Assembly (NCBI GenBank): GCA_023132255.1
Contig: JAGLYK010000011.1
Span: 5,847 to 69,846 of the forward strand
Source of the DNA: Candidatus Pacearchaeota archaeon
GTDB taxonomy: Archaea; Nanobdellota; Nanobdellia; Pacearchaeales; GW2011-AR1
Direction of reading: 5' to 3'
DNA: 64,000 nt
Shown: positions 46,592 to 56,568 of the stretch, in pieces
Layout: each line of letters opens with the position of its first letter
Position numbering within the stretch: the first letter of the stretch is position 1
Translations under genes and position numbers: made by a program
Notes under the pieces: model-generated
Told to the model about the DNA's origin: nothing
The model's database searches: none
What the model saw: only the letters and a program-made list of their open reading frames with translations

Positions 46592-47731
46592 TTGTTTTTT
46601 GTTATGGAACCTAAATTCATCCTCTCAAAATCCAAACTTCTTGAACAAGTAACAACCCTAAAAAATCTTGGATTAAAAATTTCTTATAGTTATAAAACCA
46701 ACAGGGAAGTCGGAAATGTTTTGCAAGAAATTTCTGATTGTGATTTTTCAATTCATGCTAAAGAGGAGATTGATATGATTAAAGACAAGTCCAGGATTTG
46801 GTTTTTTACTCAGGCAGAACCTGAAGAAGAGTTGAAAGAGATTTTAAAGAAGGGAATAAAAAATTTTGTTATTGATAATGAAATTGATTTGGAAAGAATT
46901 TTGAATGTCCTAAACAAAATAAATGTTAGCATAAACCTTTCTTTAAGGATGAAATTTCAGGAGCATAGAATTGGGAGTGGGAAATATTTTGTTTATGGAA
47001 TGAGTTCAAAGAAAATAAATGAGATAATAGCGAGGATAAAAGATAGTTCTTATATAGATAAAATTGGAGTTCATATTCACAGAAAATCACAAAATACAAG
47101 TGAGTGGGAAATTAAAGAAGAGTTGGAAGATTCTTTGACAAAAGAGAGTTTGGAGAGGATTGATTTTTTGAATTTTGGAGGAGGTCTTCCGGCAAAATAT
47201 CGGAGTTATGTTTCAGAAGTGCTGGTTTATATTTTTAAAAAAATAACAAATGCAAAAGAATTTTTAGAGAAATATAATATTAAGACATATATTGAACCAG
47301 GCAGATTTTTTGCTGCACCTTGTATAAAACTTGAGACAGAAATTATTCAAATTCAAAAGAATAATTTGATAATTAATACCACGATTTATAATTGTGCGTT
47401 GGATACTGTTTTGACAGGAACAAAAATGCTTGTTGAAGGAGAGATTGAAGACTCTGCACCTAAAGGTGTACCGCCTTACTACGTTCCCGGTACGAGAACC
47501 TCTAACGAGGTACCCCCTGATATACAGGATGGAATACTCGGGGGCAAAGATGAAAAATTTTATTTAATTAAAGGAAACTCTCCAACACGAGATGATATTT
47601 TTAGATATAAAGTTAAATTAAAAAATCCAAAAGTTGGGGATAAAATAGTTTTCTTAAATGCAGGGGCTTATAATTATACAACTGATTTTTTTGGTTATAA
47701 AAAGTTGAAGACTGAAGTAGGTAGTGGGTAG
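46592..47731 (+). CDS. PLP-dependent fold-III decarboxylase (Orn/Arg/DAP decarboxylase family) with an in-frame GC-rich element insertion.
   Basis: FGGGLP and EPGRFF motifs. Element at 47456-47549 encodes APKGVPPYYVPGTRTSNEVPPDIQDGILGG. Confidence 0.6.
   Translation: MFFVMEPKFILSKSKLLEQVTTLKNLGLKISYSYKTNREVGNVLQEISDCDFSIHAKEEIDMIKDKSRIWFFTQAEPEEELKEILKKGIKNFVIDNEIDLERILNVLNKINVSINLSLRMKFQEHRIGSGKYFVYGMSSKKINEIIARIKDSSYIDKIGVHIHRKSQNTSEWEIKEELEDSLTKESLERIDFLNFGGGLPAKYRSYVSEVLVYIFKKITNAKEFLEKYNIKTYIEPGRFFAAPCIKLETEIIQIQKNNLIINTTIYNCALDTVLTGTKMLVEGEIEDSAPKGVPPYYVPGTRTSNEVPPDIQDGILGGKDEKFYLIKGNSPTRDDIFRYKVKLKNPKVGDKIVFLNAGAYNYTTDFFGYKKLKTEVGSG
47456..47549. repeat. GC-rich interspersed element, the longest copy, inserted in-frame in the decarboxylase gene.
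   Basis: Termini gcacctaaaggtgtacc ... cgggggcaaag; the core is about 90% identical to the reverse complement of 28768-28843. Confidence 0.7.
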
Positions 47732-47792
47732 TTGGTGGTTGGTAGTAGAGCTTAAAAGTAGGATTTAAATAAGTGTTTTTTCTAATCTATTT

Positions 47793-50700
47793 ATGAGCAA
47801 AAATTTATTCAACGAAAAGACCATAATCAAAAATATAGAACAAATAGAACCAACAGCCAAACAAAAAACTACTTCTAAAAAATGGATTGAATTATTAGAA
47901 AAAAACCAATTACAAGAAGAAGTAGCTAACTATCCTAAATTTATGATTTACATTCTTAAAGATTTATTAGGTTATGATATAACAGATTTTAAACATGAAG
48001 AAAAAAATATGGAATTTCCCTTTAGAGATAAATCTGGAGATTTTCTTGTGTGTTTTGAAGCAAAAGGAACAAAAACTAAAGATTTATGGGCTTTACAGGG
48101 CAGAAATATAAAAATAAGAGAAACACCTGTGAATCAAATTAATGACTATATTTACAAAAATAAAATACCTTATGGAATTCTAACAAATTATAGAGATTTT
48201 GTTTTATTTAAAAGAGAAGAAGGATACACCAAATATCATAAAATTAACTTCTTGGATATTAAGAAAAATCCAGATAAACTAAAAGAATTTATTTTTATTT
48301 TTTCTAAGGAAAGTTTTGAAAAAGAAGATACTACAAAATTATATAATGATTCAATAATAGAAGAAAGGAATTTAACAAAAGAATTCTATAAACTATATCA
48401 CGAAACAAGACTTATGATTCTTAAAGAGTTTAAAGAAAGTGAGATAGAAAATGAAATCTGTTTGCATTATACTCAATTATTTCTAAATAGATTAATGTTT
48501 ATCTTCTTCGCAGAAGATACAGAATTGCTTGATAAAAGATATTTTGAAATAAAAATATTAGAAGTTCTTGAAAAAAGTGGAGGGATAGATGGGCATACTC
48601 ATTATATTTTTGGAAAAATAAAAGGTATTTTTAGAGAATTAGACAAAGAAATTCCTAAACAAATAAAAGGTTTTAATGGAGAATTATTTAAAGAGGAAAT
48701 TGATGGTAGGTTATCATTTAAAGATTATAGAAATAAACTTTTCTTCAAAGATGTTTTTCAGAATTATAGGTTAGATAAGAAAGTGCAATTAAATGAATAC
48801 GATAAAAAGATTTTCAATAAGCATAAAAATAGATTAAATAAAATAATAGAAAATATTTTACTTATGGCTTCCTTTGATTTTAAATCAGAAGTTAATGTTA
48901 ATATTTTAGGACACATTTTTGAAAAATCTATTTCAGATATAGAAAACTTAAAAGAAGAAAAAATATCTAAAAGAAAACAGGAAGGTGTTTTTTATACACC
49001 TGAGTATGTAACTGAATATATTTGTAGAAATACCATAATTCCTTATTTATCAAAAAGTGGGATTAATGATGTTAATGAATTAATAGATGAGTATTCAAGA
49101 GACATAGAAGAATTAGAAAAAAAGTTTAGGTCAATTAAAATTTTAGATTCTGCCTGTGGGTCTGGGGCTTTTTTAATCAAGGCTACTGAAATCTTATTTG
49201 AAATATTTGAGAAAATACAATTTGTTAAAGAAAATTATGGAGATTATAAAGCAAGTAGAGGATTAAAAATAAAAAGTAATATTAAAGGACAATTAACATT
49301 TAAGAAATGGGATGAGAAAGAAGAAATAATAAATATTATAGAAAATAATATTTTTGGAGTTGATATTAATGAGGAATCAGTTGAGATAACTAAGTTATCC
49401 TTATTCTTAAAAATAGCAAGAAAGAATAAGAAATTAATTGATTTATCAAATAATATTAAACAAGGAAATAGTTTAGTCAGTGATGAAAAGATAGAGGAGA
49501 ATTTAGCTTTTGATTGGAATAAAAATTTTCCAGAGATTATGAGTAATGGAGGTTTTGATATTGTTATTGGAAATCCTCCTTATGTATTTACGAGAGAAGT
49601 AGAATTTAATGATAAATTTAAAGAATATATTGCGAAGAATTATCTTAATGCAAAAGATTCTATTTCAAAAAGTCACGCAAGACAATCTGGAAAGATTAAT
49701 CTATATTCTCTGTTTTTAATAAAGAGCAAGGATTTATTAAAAAATGGGGGTTTTATCAGTTTTATAATTCCTAATAATCTTTTAAGAACAACTACTTATG
49801 ATATTGTTAGAAAACAACTTTTAGATAATTTTGAAATCTCTAAAATAGTTGATATGGGAACAGGAGTCTTTGAAGGAGTTACAGCTTCAACTATTATTAT
49901 AAAGATGAGAAAGAATAATAGTGAAGAAAAAAGAAATAAAAATTTAGTTGAGATAATCCCTAATTTTGATAACCAAAAAAAGAAAAATAAAATATCACAA
50001 ATTGATTTTCTAAAAAATACAAGTTATGCTTTTAATATTGTTTCAAGTAAGTCTGATAGAAAATTATTAGATAAGATTACAGAAGATTGTGAAAATATGG
50101 GGGATATAACTATTATTCACGCAGGAGGTATTGCAACAGGTAAAAATAAAAAAGAAATGATTGAAGATTATAAGAAAAGTGAAAAACATAAACCTATGTT
50201 GGAAGGAAAAGATATAAAACCATTTTTTCCTGTTTTTTCTGAAAGATATATTTTATATGAAAAAAAATTACTTTATAGAGCAAGAGAAGAATCTATTTTT
50301 TTAAGTCCAGAAAAATTAATTACTCAAAGAATAAGTGGGGGATTAAAACCACTTGTTACAAGTTATGATAATGAGAAATATTATACCTTTAATTCTACAA
50401 ACACCATTTTACCAAAAGGTGAAGAATACTCATTAAAATATGTTTTGGCTTTGTTAAATTCAAGATTAATTAATTGGTATTATGTTAGTAAGTTTACAAA
50501 TAAATCCAACCTAACTGTTAACATATCTAAAACTTTTTTAGAAAAAATCCCCATAAAGAAAATATCTCTTGAAAAACAAAAACCACTTATTGAAAAAGCA
50601 GATTTGATGGTTGATAAGAATAAAGAATTTTATGAAAAAAAAGATAAGTTCATAAAACTAATTAAATATAAATATAATTTAGATAAAATATCACGAAAGC

Positions 50701-50933
50701 TAAATACTTTTTATAATCTTAATTTTAAAGAATTTGTCAATGAGATAAAAAATAAGAATAAAGTAATGAGTATAGAGAAAGAAGCCGAACTAATGAATTT
50801 TTTTGAGAAGAACAAAAAAGAAGTTTTAGAATTAATTAATGAAATTTCTAAAACAGAAAATGAAATAGACAAAATGGTTTACAAACTTTATGGTTTAACA
50901 GATAAGGAGATTGAGGTTATTGAAAAATCTTAA
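47793..50933 (+). CDS. Type IIG/IIL restriction-modification enzyme (MmeI-like fused endonuclease, N6-adenine methyltransferase and TRD).
   Basis: N-terminal D...EAK (GDFLVCFEAKG) PD-ExK-like; MTase motif I DSACGSGAFL and motif IV IGNPPYV; C-terminal LLNSRLINWYY. Confidence 0.75.
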   Translation: MSKNLFNEKTIIKNIEQIEPTAKQKTTSKKWIELLEKNQLQEEVANYPKFMIYILKDLLGYDITDFKHEEKNMEFPFRDKSGDFLVCFEAKGTKTKDLWALQGRNIKIRETPVNQINDYIYKNKIPYGILTNYRDFVLFKREEGYTKYHKINFLDIKKNPDKLKEFIFIFSKESFEKEDTTKLYNDSIIEERNLTKEFYKLYHETRLMILKEFKESEIENEICLHYTQLFLNRLMFIFFAEDTELLDKRYFEIKILEVLEKSGGIDGHTHYIFGKIKGIFRELDKEIPKQIKGFNGELFKEEIDGRLSFKDYRNKLFFKDVFQNYRLDKKVQLNEYDKKIFNKHKNRLNKIIENILLMASFDFKSEVNVNILGHIFEKSISDIENLKEEKISKRKQEGVFYTPEYVTEYICRNTIIPYLSKSGINDVNELIDEYSRDIEELEKKFRSIKILDSACGSGAFLIKATEILFEIFEKIQFVKENYGDYKASRGLKIKSNIKGQLTFKKWDEKEEIINIIENNIFGVDINEESVEITKLSLFLKIARKNKKLIDLSNNIKQGNSLVSDEKIEENLAFDWNKNFPEIMSNGGFDIVIGNPPYVFTREVEFNDKFKEYIAKNYLNAKDSISKSHARQSGKINLYSLFLIKSKDLLKNGGFISFIIPNNLLRTTTYDIVRKQLLDNFEISKIVDMGTGVFEGVTASTIIIKMRKNNSEEKRNKNLVEIIPNFDNQKKKNKISQIDFLKNTSYAFNIVSSKSDRKLLDKITEDCENMGDITIIHAGGIATGKNKKEMIEDYKKSEKHKPMLEGKDIKPFFPVFSERYILYEKKLLYRAREESIFLSPEKLITQRISGGLKPLVTSYDNEKYYTFNSTNTILPKGEEYSLKYVLALLNSRLINWYYVSKFTNKSNLTVNISKTFLEKIPIKKISLEKQKPLIEKADLMVDKNKEFYEKKDKFIKLIKYKYNLDKISRKLNTFYNLNFKEFVNEIKNKNKVMSIEKEAELMNFFEKNKKEVLELINEISKTENEIDKMVYKLYGLTDKEIEVIEKS

Positions 50934-51045
50934 CTCTTCTTTAGTGGTTTTTTATCCTACCTTGAATTGATTGAGGCAATTATTAAACTTAACCTTAATT
51001 TCCACTGGAAGATATATATACCTTTTATATATAAATTGTATACAT

Positions 51046-52488
51046 TTATACTTTTTTATAAATTAAGCTCTTGCCTAATTTTGATACTTCAAGGATACCT
51101 AACTCCACAAACTTATCCAAATGTCTTTTTGCAGTTATCCTTGTTTTACTTTTAATCCTTTTCATATATTCATTTATTCTTATGGATTGAAATTTGTCTA
51201 ATGAATTGATATATTTCAAACCTCTTCTTTCTAAATCAGTTAATACGGGTTCTAAATCCATAGAAGAGCCGATTAAGTGTTTTGAGAAATCATTTCCTTC
51301 TAATTTTTGCCCTTTAAACTCTATTTTAAAAAAACCATTATCACTTTCTATTTTTGGTTCTTCTAAACCAAACCTTTTCATAGCTCCAATAATATTCTTT
51401 ATTCCTTGTCCTGCTTGTTCCATTAATCCTAAATTGTCTAAAAGATAACAGATTTTAGGGTTTCTTCTAACTGATGGATGTCCTCCCTTTTTTAATTCTT
51501 GTAATGTTACACCTTCCATCAACCCACCAGGATTAATTATTTCTAATCTATTGCTAAATAATCTTATCACAATATCAGAATTAAATACAGAATAATCTCT
51601 ATGAGCTACTGCGTTTATCAGAGCTTCTCTAATAGCTTCCATAGGATACTGATTTATTTCAATTCTTCTCAACCCATCCATTATTACTTTATTTTCAGTA
51701 TTGGATTTTATAAAATTAAACGGTTCTTGAATTTGGTTAATCAAATCTCCTTCAATATGTTTTCTATATTTTAATTTAGAGCTATCAATTGAATCTCCTA
51801 TATAAATTAAAAAATTTATTTTAGCATTTTGAAAAGAATCTTGTGGTTTTTTTCCAAAAAATAACATAGCAGTATTTTTAATATAGCAATCTCCGATTAA
51901 CAAATCTAAATTTTTTAAGACATTTTTGATATTATCAAATTTAATTTGTCTATTTCTCTTACCACTATTTGCAAGTTGGATATAGTTTAAAATTTTTGAA
52001 TTATCCAAATCAGAGATGTTACTTTTTCTATTATGAATATTATTTATTAAAGAATCAAAAGTTAGATTTTTTGATTTTAGTTTTATTTCCATTATCTCTT
52101 CTGGAGATAATTTTTCATCTCTTGAATCAACCCTTTTGTAATAAGCCCCCTTCCATCCATAAGGTTTTCTATCCCCTTCATAAACTTTTACTATCACGAT
52201 ATATTTTTCTGGGGCGTGTTCTTTAAAATCAATCTGTATATTTCCCTTACCACCATTTAAATCTTTAGCAAGATTATTTAATTTTGCTTTGACTTTCTCT
52301 TTTGAACATCTATAACCTATTGGAGTTCCATCATTCTTAACTCCAATTAAGATATATCCCCCCTCACTTGTTGAAAAAGAAGCGATTGTTTGGGTAACAT
52401 CATCATTATCAAACCCTTCTTTATATTCTAAATTCTTATCTTCAATCCTATAAAATAATTCATTTACATCTAATTCCATGTAATTCAT
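51046..52488 (-). CDS. AlbA_2 (Schlafen-like divergent AAA) plus HATPase_c_4 domain protein (RecG-C-terminal-like putative regulator).
   Basis: N-terminal EYKEGF...IASFSTSEGGYILIGV; C-terminal ALINAVAHRDYSVFNSDIVIRLFSNRLEIINPGGL. Confidence 0.6.
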   Translation of the reverse strand: MNYMELDVNELFYRIEDKNLEYKEGFDNDDVTQTIASFSTSEGGYILIGVKNDGTPIGYRCSKEKVKAKLNNLAKDLNGGKGNIQIDFKEHAPEKYIVIVKVYEGDRKPYGWKGAYYKRVDSRDEKLSPEEIMEIKLKSKNLTFDSLINNIHNRKSNISDLDNSKILNYIQLANSGKRNRQIKFDNIKNVLKNLDLLIGDCYIKNTAMLFFGKKPQDSFQNAKINFLIYIGDSIDSSKLKYRKHIEGDLINQIQEPFNFIKSNTENKVIMDGLRRIEINQYPMEAIREALINAVAHRDYSVFNSDIVIRLFSNRLEIINPGGLMEGVTLQELKKGGHPSVRRNPKICYLLDNLGLMEQAGQGIKNIIGAMKRFGLEEPKIESDNGFFKIEFKGQKLEGNDFSKHLIGSSMDLEPVLTDLERRGLKYINSLDKFQSIRINEYMKRIKSKTRITAKRHLDKFVELGILEVSKLGKSLIYKKV

Positions 52489-52574
52489 AAATAATCTCTA
52501 TTTAAAATATTTATTCTTTTTTAAAAGTTGAGAAAATCGCTTATCCACCAACCGATAAGTTAATAGAAAAGATT

Positions 52575-53654
52575 TTGATGAAGATTTTTAAACCAACTTT
52601 TCATTTAATTAAAATGTTAACTAAAAAACAAATTACAGAAATCCGCGAGCATTTGGAAAAAGCACAAAATCCGATTTTCTTTTTTGATAATGACGGGGAC
52701 GGGCTTTGTAGTTTTCTTTTGTTGCAGAGATATATTGGAAGGGGAAAAGGTGTTGCGATGAAGTCTGCGGACGCGGGAAATTATTTTAAAAAAGTCATGG
52801 AATTGAATGCAGATTATATTTTTATTCTGGACAAGCCAGTTGTTTCTGAGAAATTTTTTGAGGAGGTTAGACAGGTTAATCTTCCTGTGGTGTGGATTGA
52901 TCATCATGAGAACAGCAATATTCCTGATTTTGTTAATTATTATAATCCTCTGTTAAATAAAGGAAAAACAAATGAACCAGTAACAGAGCTTTGTTATAGA
53001 ATAGCGGGGAGAAAGCAAGATTTGTGGATTGCGGTTGTGGGGTGTATTTCTGATCATTTTGTTCCTGATTTTTATTTTGAGTTTAAAGAAAAATATCCTG
53101 ACCTGGCAATGGATTCTGAAAATGTTAAGGAAATTTATTTTAAATCTCAGATAGGGAAGATTGGGAAAATTTTTAATGCGGGATTAAAAGATAGAACAAC
53201 TAATGTAGTAATTATGCTGAAATTTTTGATGAAGGTCAAGACGCCTTATGAAGTTTTGGAGGAGAGCAGTTATAATCAAACTATGCATAAAAAGTTTAAA
53301 GAGATAAATGAGAAATATGAAAGATTGTTGGAGAAGGCGAAATCTCAGAAAAATGATGAGGGGGTTTTGTTTTTTCAGTATGGAGGGGAGTTGAGTATTA
53401 GTTCTGATTTGGCAAATGGACTGAGGTATGAATTTCCCGAGAAGATTATTGTTGTGATTTATGTTTCCGGAGACAAGGTGAATATTTCTGTTAGGGGAAA
53501 AAATGTTCGGGAGATTGTTTTGGAAGTGATTAAGGATTTGGAAGGGGCGACTGGCGGGGGGCATGAGAAGGCTGTTGGTGTCAGAGTCAAGGTTAAGGAT
53601 TTGGAGAAATTTAAGGCGAAGTTATTGAACATTGTAAACTTAAAAAATTCATAA
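52575..53654 (+). CDS. DHH/DHHA1-family phosphoesterase (NrnA/RecJ-like).
   Basis: FDNDGDGLCS, WIDHHE and GGGHEKAVG motifs. Confidence 0.7.
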   Translation: MMKIFKPTFHLIKMLTKKQITEIREHLEKAQNPIFFFDNDGDGLCSFLLLQRYIGRGKGVAMKSADAGNYFKKVMELNADYIFILDKPVVSEKFFEEVRQVNLPVVWIDHHENSNIPDFVNYYNPLLNKGKTNEPVTELCYRIAGRKQDLWIAVVGCISDHFVPDFYFEFKEKYPDLAMDSENVKEIYFKSQIGKIGKIFNAGLKDRTTNVVIMLKFLMKVKTPYEVLEESSYNQTMHKKFKEINEKYERLLEKAKSQKNDEGVLFFQYGGELSISSDLANGLRYEFPEKIIVVIYVSGDKVNISVRGKNVREIVLEVIKDLEGATGGGHEKAVGVRVKVKDLEKFKAKLLNIVNLKNS

Positions 53655-53796
53655 CAACTTTTCAATGGCTGAGTTGAGGTTTTCTGAGTTGGTTGGTAAA
53701 TAAAATTTAAATGATTGTTAGAAGGGGTAAATAGTTTACTACTATTGCAAGACAACGAAGCAAAACATTTATATACTATTAGATTTTTATTTTTTT

Positions 53797-54282
53797 ATGG
53801 AACCAATAAAATTATTACCTCATCATGCGATGAGATTATTTGAAGTTTTTTACTTAAATGGAAAACCTGAGGAAGTTCTTAGTGGGTATGACAATGTAGG
53901 TATGTCACAGAATACTACAAATGCACTAGGAAGAATAGCATCAAATCCAAACCAACTTGTACAAATTGTAGAATCATATGATGAAATCTGTAGAATGTGC
54001 CCTAAAAATCATAGAGGGGATAATTATCAAAATAAACCTGAAGATACCTGCCATGATTATGATGTGCCAAATCCAGATACAGAGTTTGCAAAGATTTTGG
54101 GTATAGAAACTGTTGCAGAAGATACCATTACAACATCTAAAGAATTAAAAAAACTGATGGGACCAACATACAAACAATTTTTGGCAGAACCCAGATTCGA
54201 TGGAAATGGCAAAAAACTTCCATTGAGAATGATGTTTAGAGATAGAAATGAAGATTTATATCTAAATCTTTTTAATATATAG
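53797..54282 (+). CDS. Hypothetical Cys/His-containing protein.
   Basis: ORF only. Confidence 0.3.
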   Translation: MEPIKLLPHHAMRLFEVFYLNGKPEEVLSGYDNVGMSQNTTNALGRIASNPNQLVQIVESYDEICRMCPKNHRGDNYQNKPEDTCHDYDVPNPDTEFAKILGIETVAEDTITTSKELKKLMGPTYKQFLAEPRFDGNGKKLPLRMMFRDRNEDLYLNLFNI

Positions 54283-54844
54283 AAATTGTTTGCTTTTTAT
54301 TTTGATCAATAGTTTATCGTGTTCGCTCTTTTGAATACGGTCGACTCAAAAACTCTTTAGGATTTTCTCAATTATGCAATCAATAAACTGAATAGAAAAA
54401 TATAAAAGAGTGAAATTAAAAATTTCTTGTTATAATATTTTTTAACACAAATATTATAAACTCTATTTTCCTGAAGGTGTTATGAGTAACAGACTAAGAT
54501 TTGCAAGTTGGAAGAATTGCATGTTTGGCTTAGTCTATGCTACAATTAAACCTGTTTCAATTTAATTCAGATTTTCTTTTTTGCCTGAATTAAGTTGAAT
54601 AATTTCTAAATTAATTTGGGTTGGAAAAGATTTCTGTTTTTATTTGAAATTCCAGAAAATGGAAAACAAAAAGGAAATGGAACAAAAATTTGTAGAAGAA
54701 GAATTAAGTCGTTTAATGGAGATTACATTAAGATTAGAAGACGAGCTTAATTCTGTCGTTAGTAATGAATAGTTTAATATAAAAGAAGAAGAGTTTTTGG
54801 TTATTTGTTAATATGATTTGGGTTTTTATGAAGATTTAAAAAGA

Positions 54845-54858
54845 ACGATAATTATCGT
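54845..54858. promoter_or_regulatory. Perfect 14-bp palindrome ACGATAATTATCGT, 7 bp upstream of the 54865 start.
   Basis: Its 12-bp core CGATAATTATCG recurs at 55549-55562. Confidence 0.5.
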
Positions 54859-54864
54859 ATAGTT

Positions 54865-55545
54865 ATGTGGATTGCAAAATTTAAAATTTATGATAAAGAA
54901 CACAGGGTTAGAAAGTTAATTGAAGAAAATAAAATTGAGGTATGTTATTATCCAATAAATTATTATGTTAAGAAAGGAAGATATTTTTTTATTGCTGCAG
55001 GGATTATTTATAGTGGCAACAAAAATAAATTCTTTGCGGATTTAAAAAAATTACAAAAACAAAAAACAGGGAGAAAACTGGAATTGCTTGAAACAGAAGG
55101 AGATTTTTTTATTATGATTAGTTCTCATACAATAAACCAAGAAGGGAAAAAATATGTTAATTTATTTTATAATCCTGCGATTATTCATTATCATCCGATA
55201 ATTTTTCATAAAGATGGCTGGGAAGAATGGGAAATTGCTTCTTTAGAAAGAAAAGCTATTGAAGACATTATTAAAGCCGGGAAGAAAGTTTATGATTTAA
55301 AACTTTTAAAATTTCACCAAAAGAAAATAAAAAATTTTGGTTTTATGACGCTGTTGCCAGAATTAACAGAAAAGCAGCAGGAAGCAATTAGTCTTGCGCT
55401 TAATTCAGGATATTATAGTTATCCAAGAAAAATAAGCTTAGATAAACTTTCAAAAAAAGCAAAGCGTTCTTTTTCCACATTTCAGGCACATATTAGAAAA
55501 GCGGAAAATAAAATTCTTTCTTATGTAATTGGTTTCTCAAAGTAA
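54865..55545 (+). CDS. Putative regulator with a C-terminal HTH_10 (Bat-type) DNA-binding domain.
   Basis: TEKQQEAISLALNSGYYSYPRKISLDKLSKKAKRSFSTFQAHIRKAENKIL. Confidence 0.5.
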   Translation: MWIAKFKIYDKEHRVRKLIEENKIEVCYYPINYYVKKGRYFFIAAGIIYSGNKNKFFADLKKLQKQKTGRKLELLETEGDFFIMISSHTINQEGKKYVNLFYNPAIIHYHPIIFHKDGWEEWEIASLERKAIEDIIKAGKKVYDLKLLKFHQKKIKNFGFMTLLPELTEKQQEAISLALNSGYYSYPRKISLDKLSKKAKRSFSTFQAHIRKAENKILSYVIGFSK

Positions 55546-55548
55546 GAG

Positions 55549-55562
55549 GCGATAATTATCGC
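55549..55562. promoter_or_regulatory. Perfect 14-bp palindrome GCGATAATTATCGC, 37 bp upstream of the 55599 start.
   Basis: Second copy of the CGATAATTATCG core. Confidence 0.5.
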
Positions 55563-55598
55563 TATAAAGATTAAATAGTATTAGCGTTATACTTTATA

Positions 55599-56321
55599 AT
55601 GGTAACAATAATTAAAAGTCTTCCAAAGAAAGCTGGTAAAGCTAAAATTAATTGGGATTCTGTTGATGAGCCCATTAGGGAAGGTAAAGATATTATTCTT
55701 CCACTCCAAGATACAGTATATCTTCCTTTGGCGAAGGGAGAACAATTTTTATTTAAGTCTTTTGAGCATGAAAGTTATAGGGCACCTCGAGAAAATTATT
55801 GGTTTGGAGGCACAGATGAAGAACCTTTTTTAGTTCAAATAGAAAAAGATGCTTTCAATACTTTTACGAATAATGGAGAAGAAGCTTTTTATAGATCTAT
55901 TAAGCCTTTTTTTGTAGATTTCCTTGAAAAAATTTTAAATATAGAAGCAGAGAGACAAGGTGATATTTTTGCGGTTCCAATTGGAGAGAGAAAAAATAAG
56001 GGAATACAAAGTTTTTTAACTCAATCATATATTTCTAGAGAATATCCTAAATTAGAACTTAAAAAAAATCAAAATTCTCTTTCTCTTTTTGGAACTCGTC
56101 ATGCTTTAAATGGATATGTTCTCGGGGAACAGCATCCTGGTGGTGAGGTTACAAGTCCTCACTTTAAGCCTTTTTTACTTACTAACTCCTTAGAGGAAAG
56201 ATCTGTTTTAGGAACAGGGATAATTAAAGCTCCAGATCATGAAGTTTTAGATCTTAATAAAGAATTTATTTATTTTATGGCACAAACAAGATATCTTGTA
56301 AATCCTAAGGAGGCAGATTAA
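55599..56321 (+). CDS. Hypothetical protein.
   Basis: ORF only. Confidence 0.35.
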   Translation: MVTIIKSLPKKAGKAKINWDSVDEPIREGKDIILPLQDTVYLPLAKGEQFLFKSFEHESYRAPRENYWFGGTDEEPFLVQIEKDAFNTFTNNGEEAFYRSIKPFFVDFLEKILNIEAERQGDIFAVPIGERKNKGIQSFLTQSYISREYPKLELKKNQNSLSLFGTRHALNGYVLGEQHPGGEVTSPHFKPFLLTNSLEERSVLGTGIIKAPDHEVLDLNKEFIYFMAQTRYLVNPKEAD

Positions 56322-56322
56322 A

Positions 56323-56523
56323 ATGGTTGGTTTAAGATTAGAGAAAATATTAGTAAGTATTTGGAATGATGATAAGATTCCTGAAGTGTTTGAGGAAAAA
56401 GGTATACCTGTGACTTCAACCCTATACAATTCTCAAGGAAAATCTTATGTAGCATGGGGAAAAAATGGAAGGAAACACTACTACGATGAATCTGGAAATG
56501 AAAGAAGATTTTCTGATGAATGA
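56323..56523 (+). CDS. Small hypothetical protein.
   Basis: Start adjacent to the upstream stop. Confidence 0.3.
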   Translation: MVGLRLEKILVSIWNDDKIPEVFEEKGIPVTSTLYNSQGKSYVAWGKNGRKHYYDESGNERRFSDE

Positions 56524-56568
56524 TCATAAAGATACATTTTGAAAGATTTCATTAGTTTAATAGAATTT

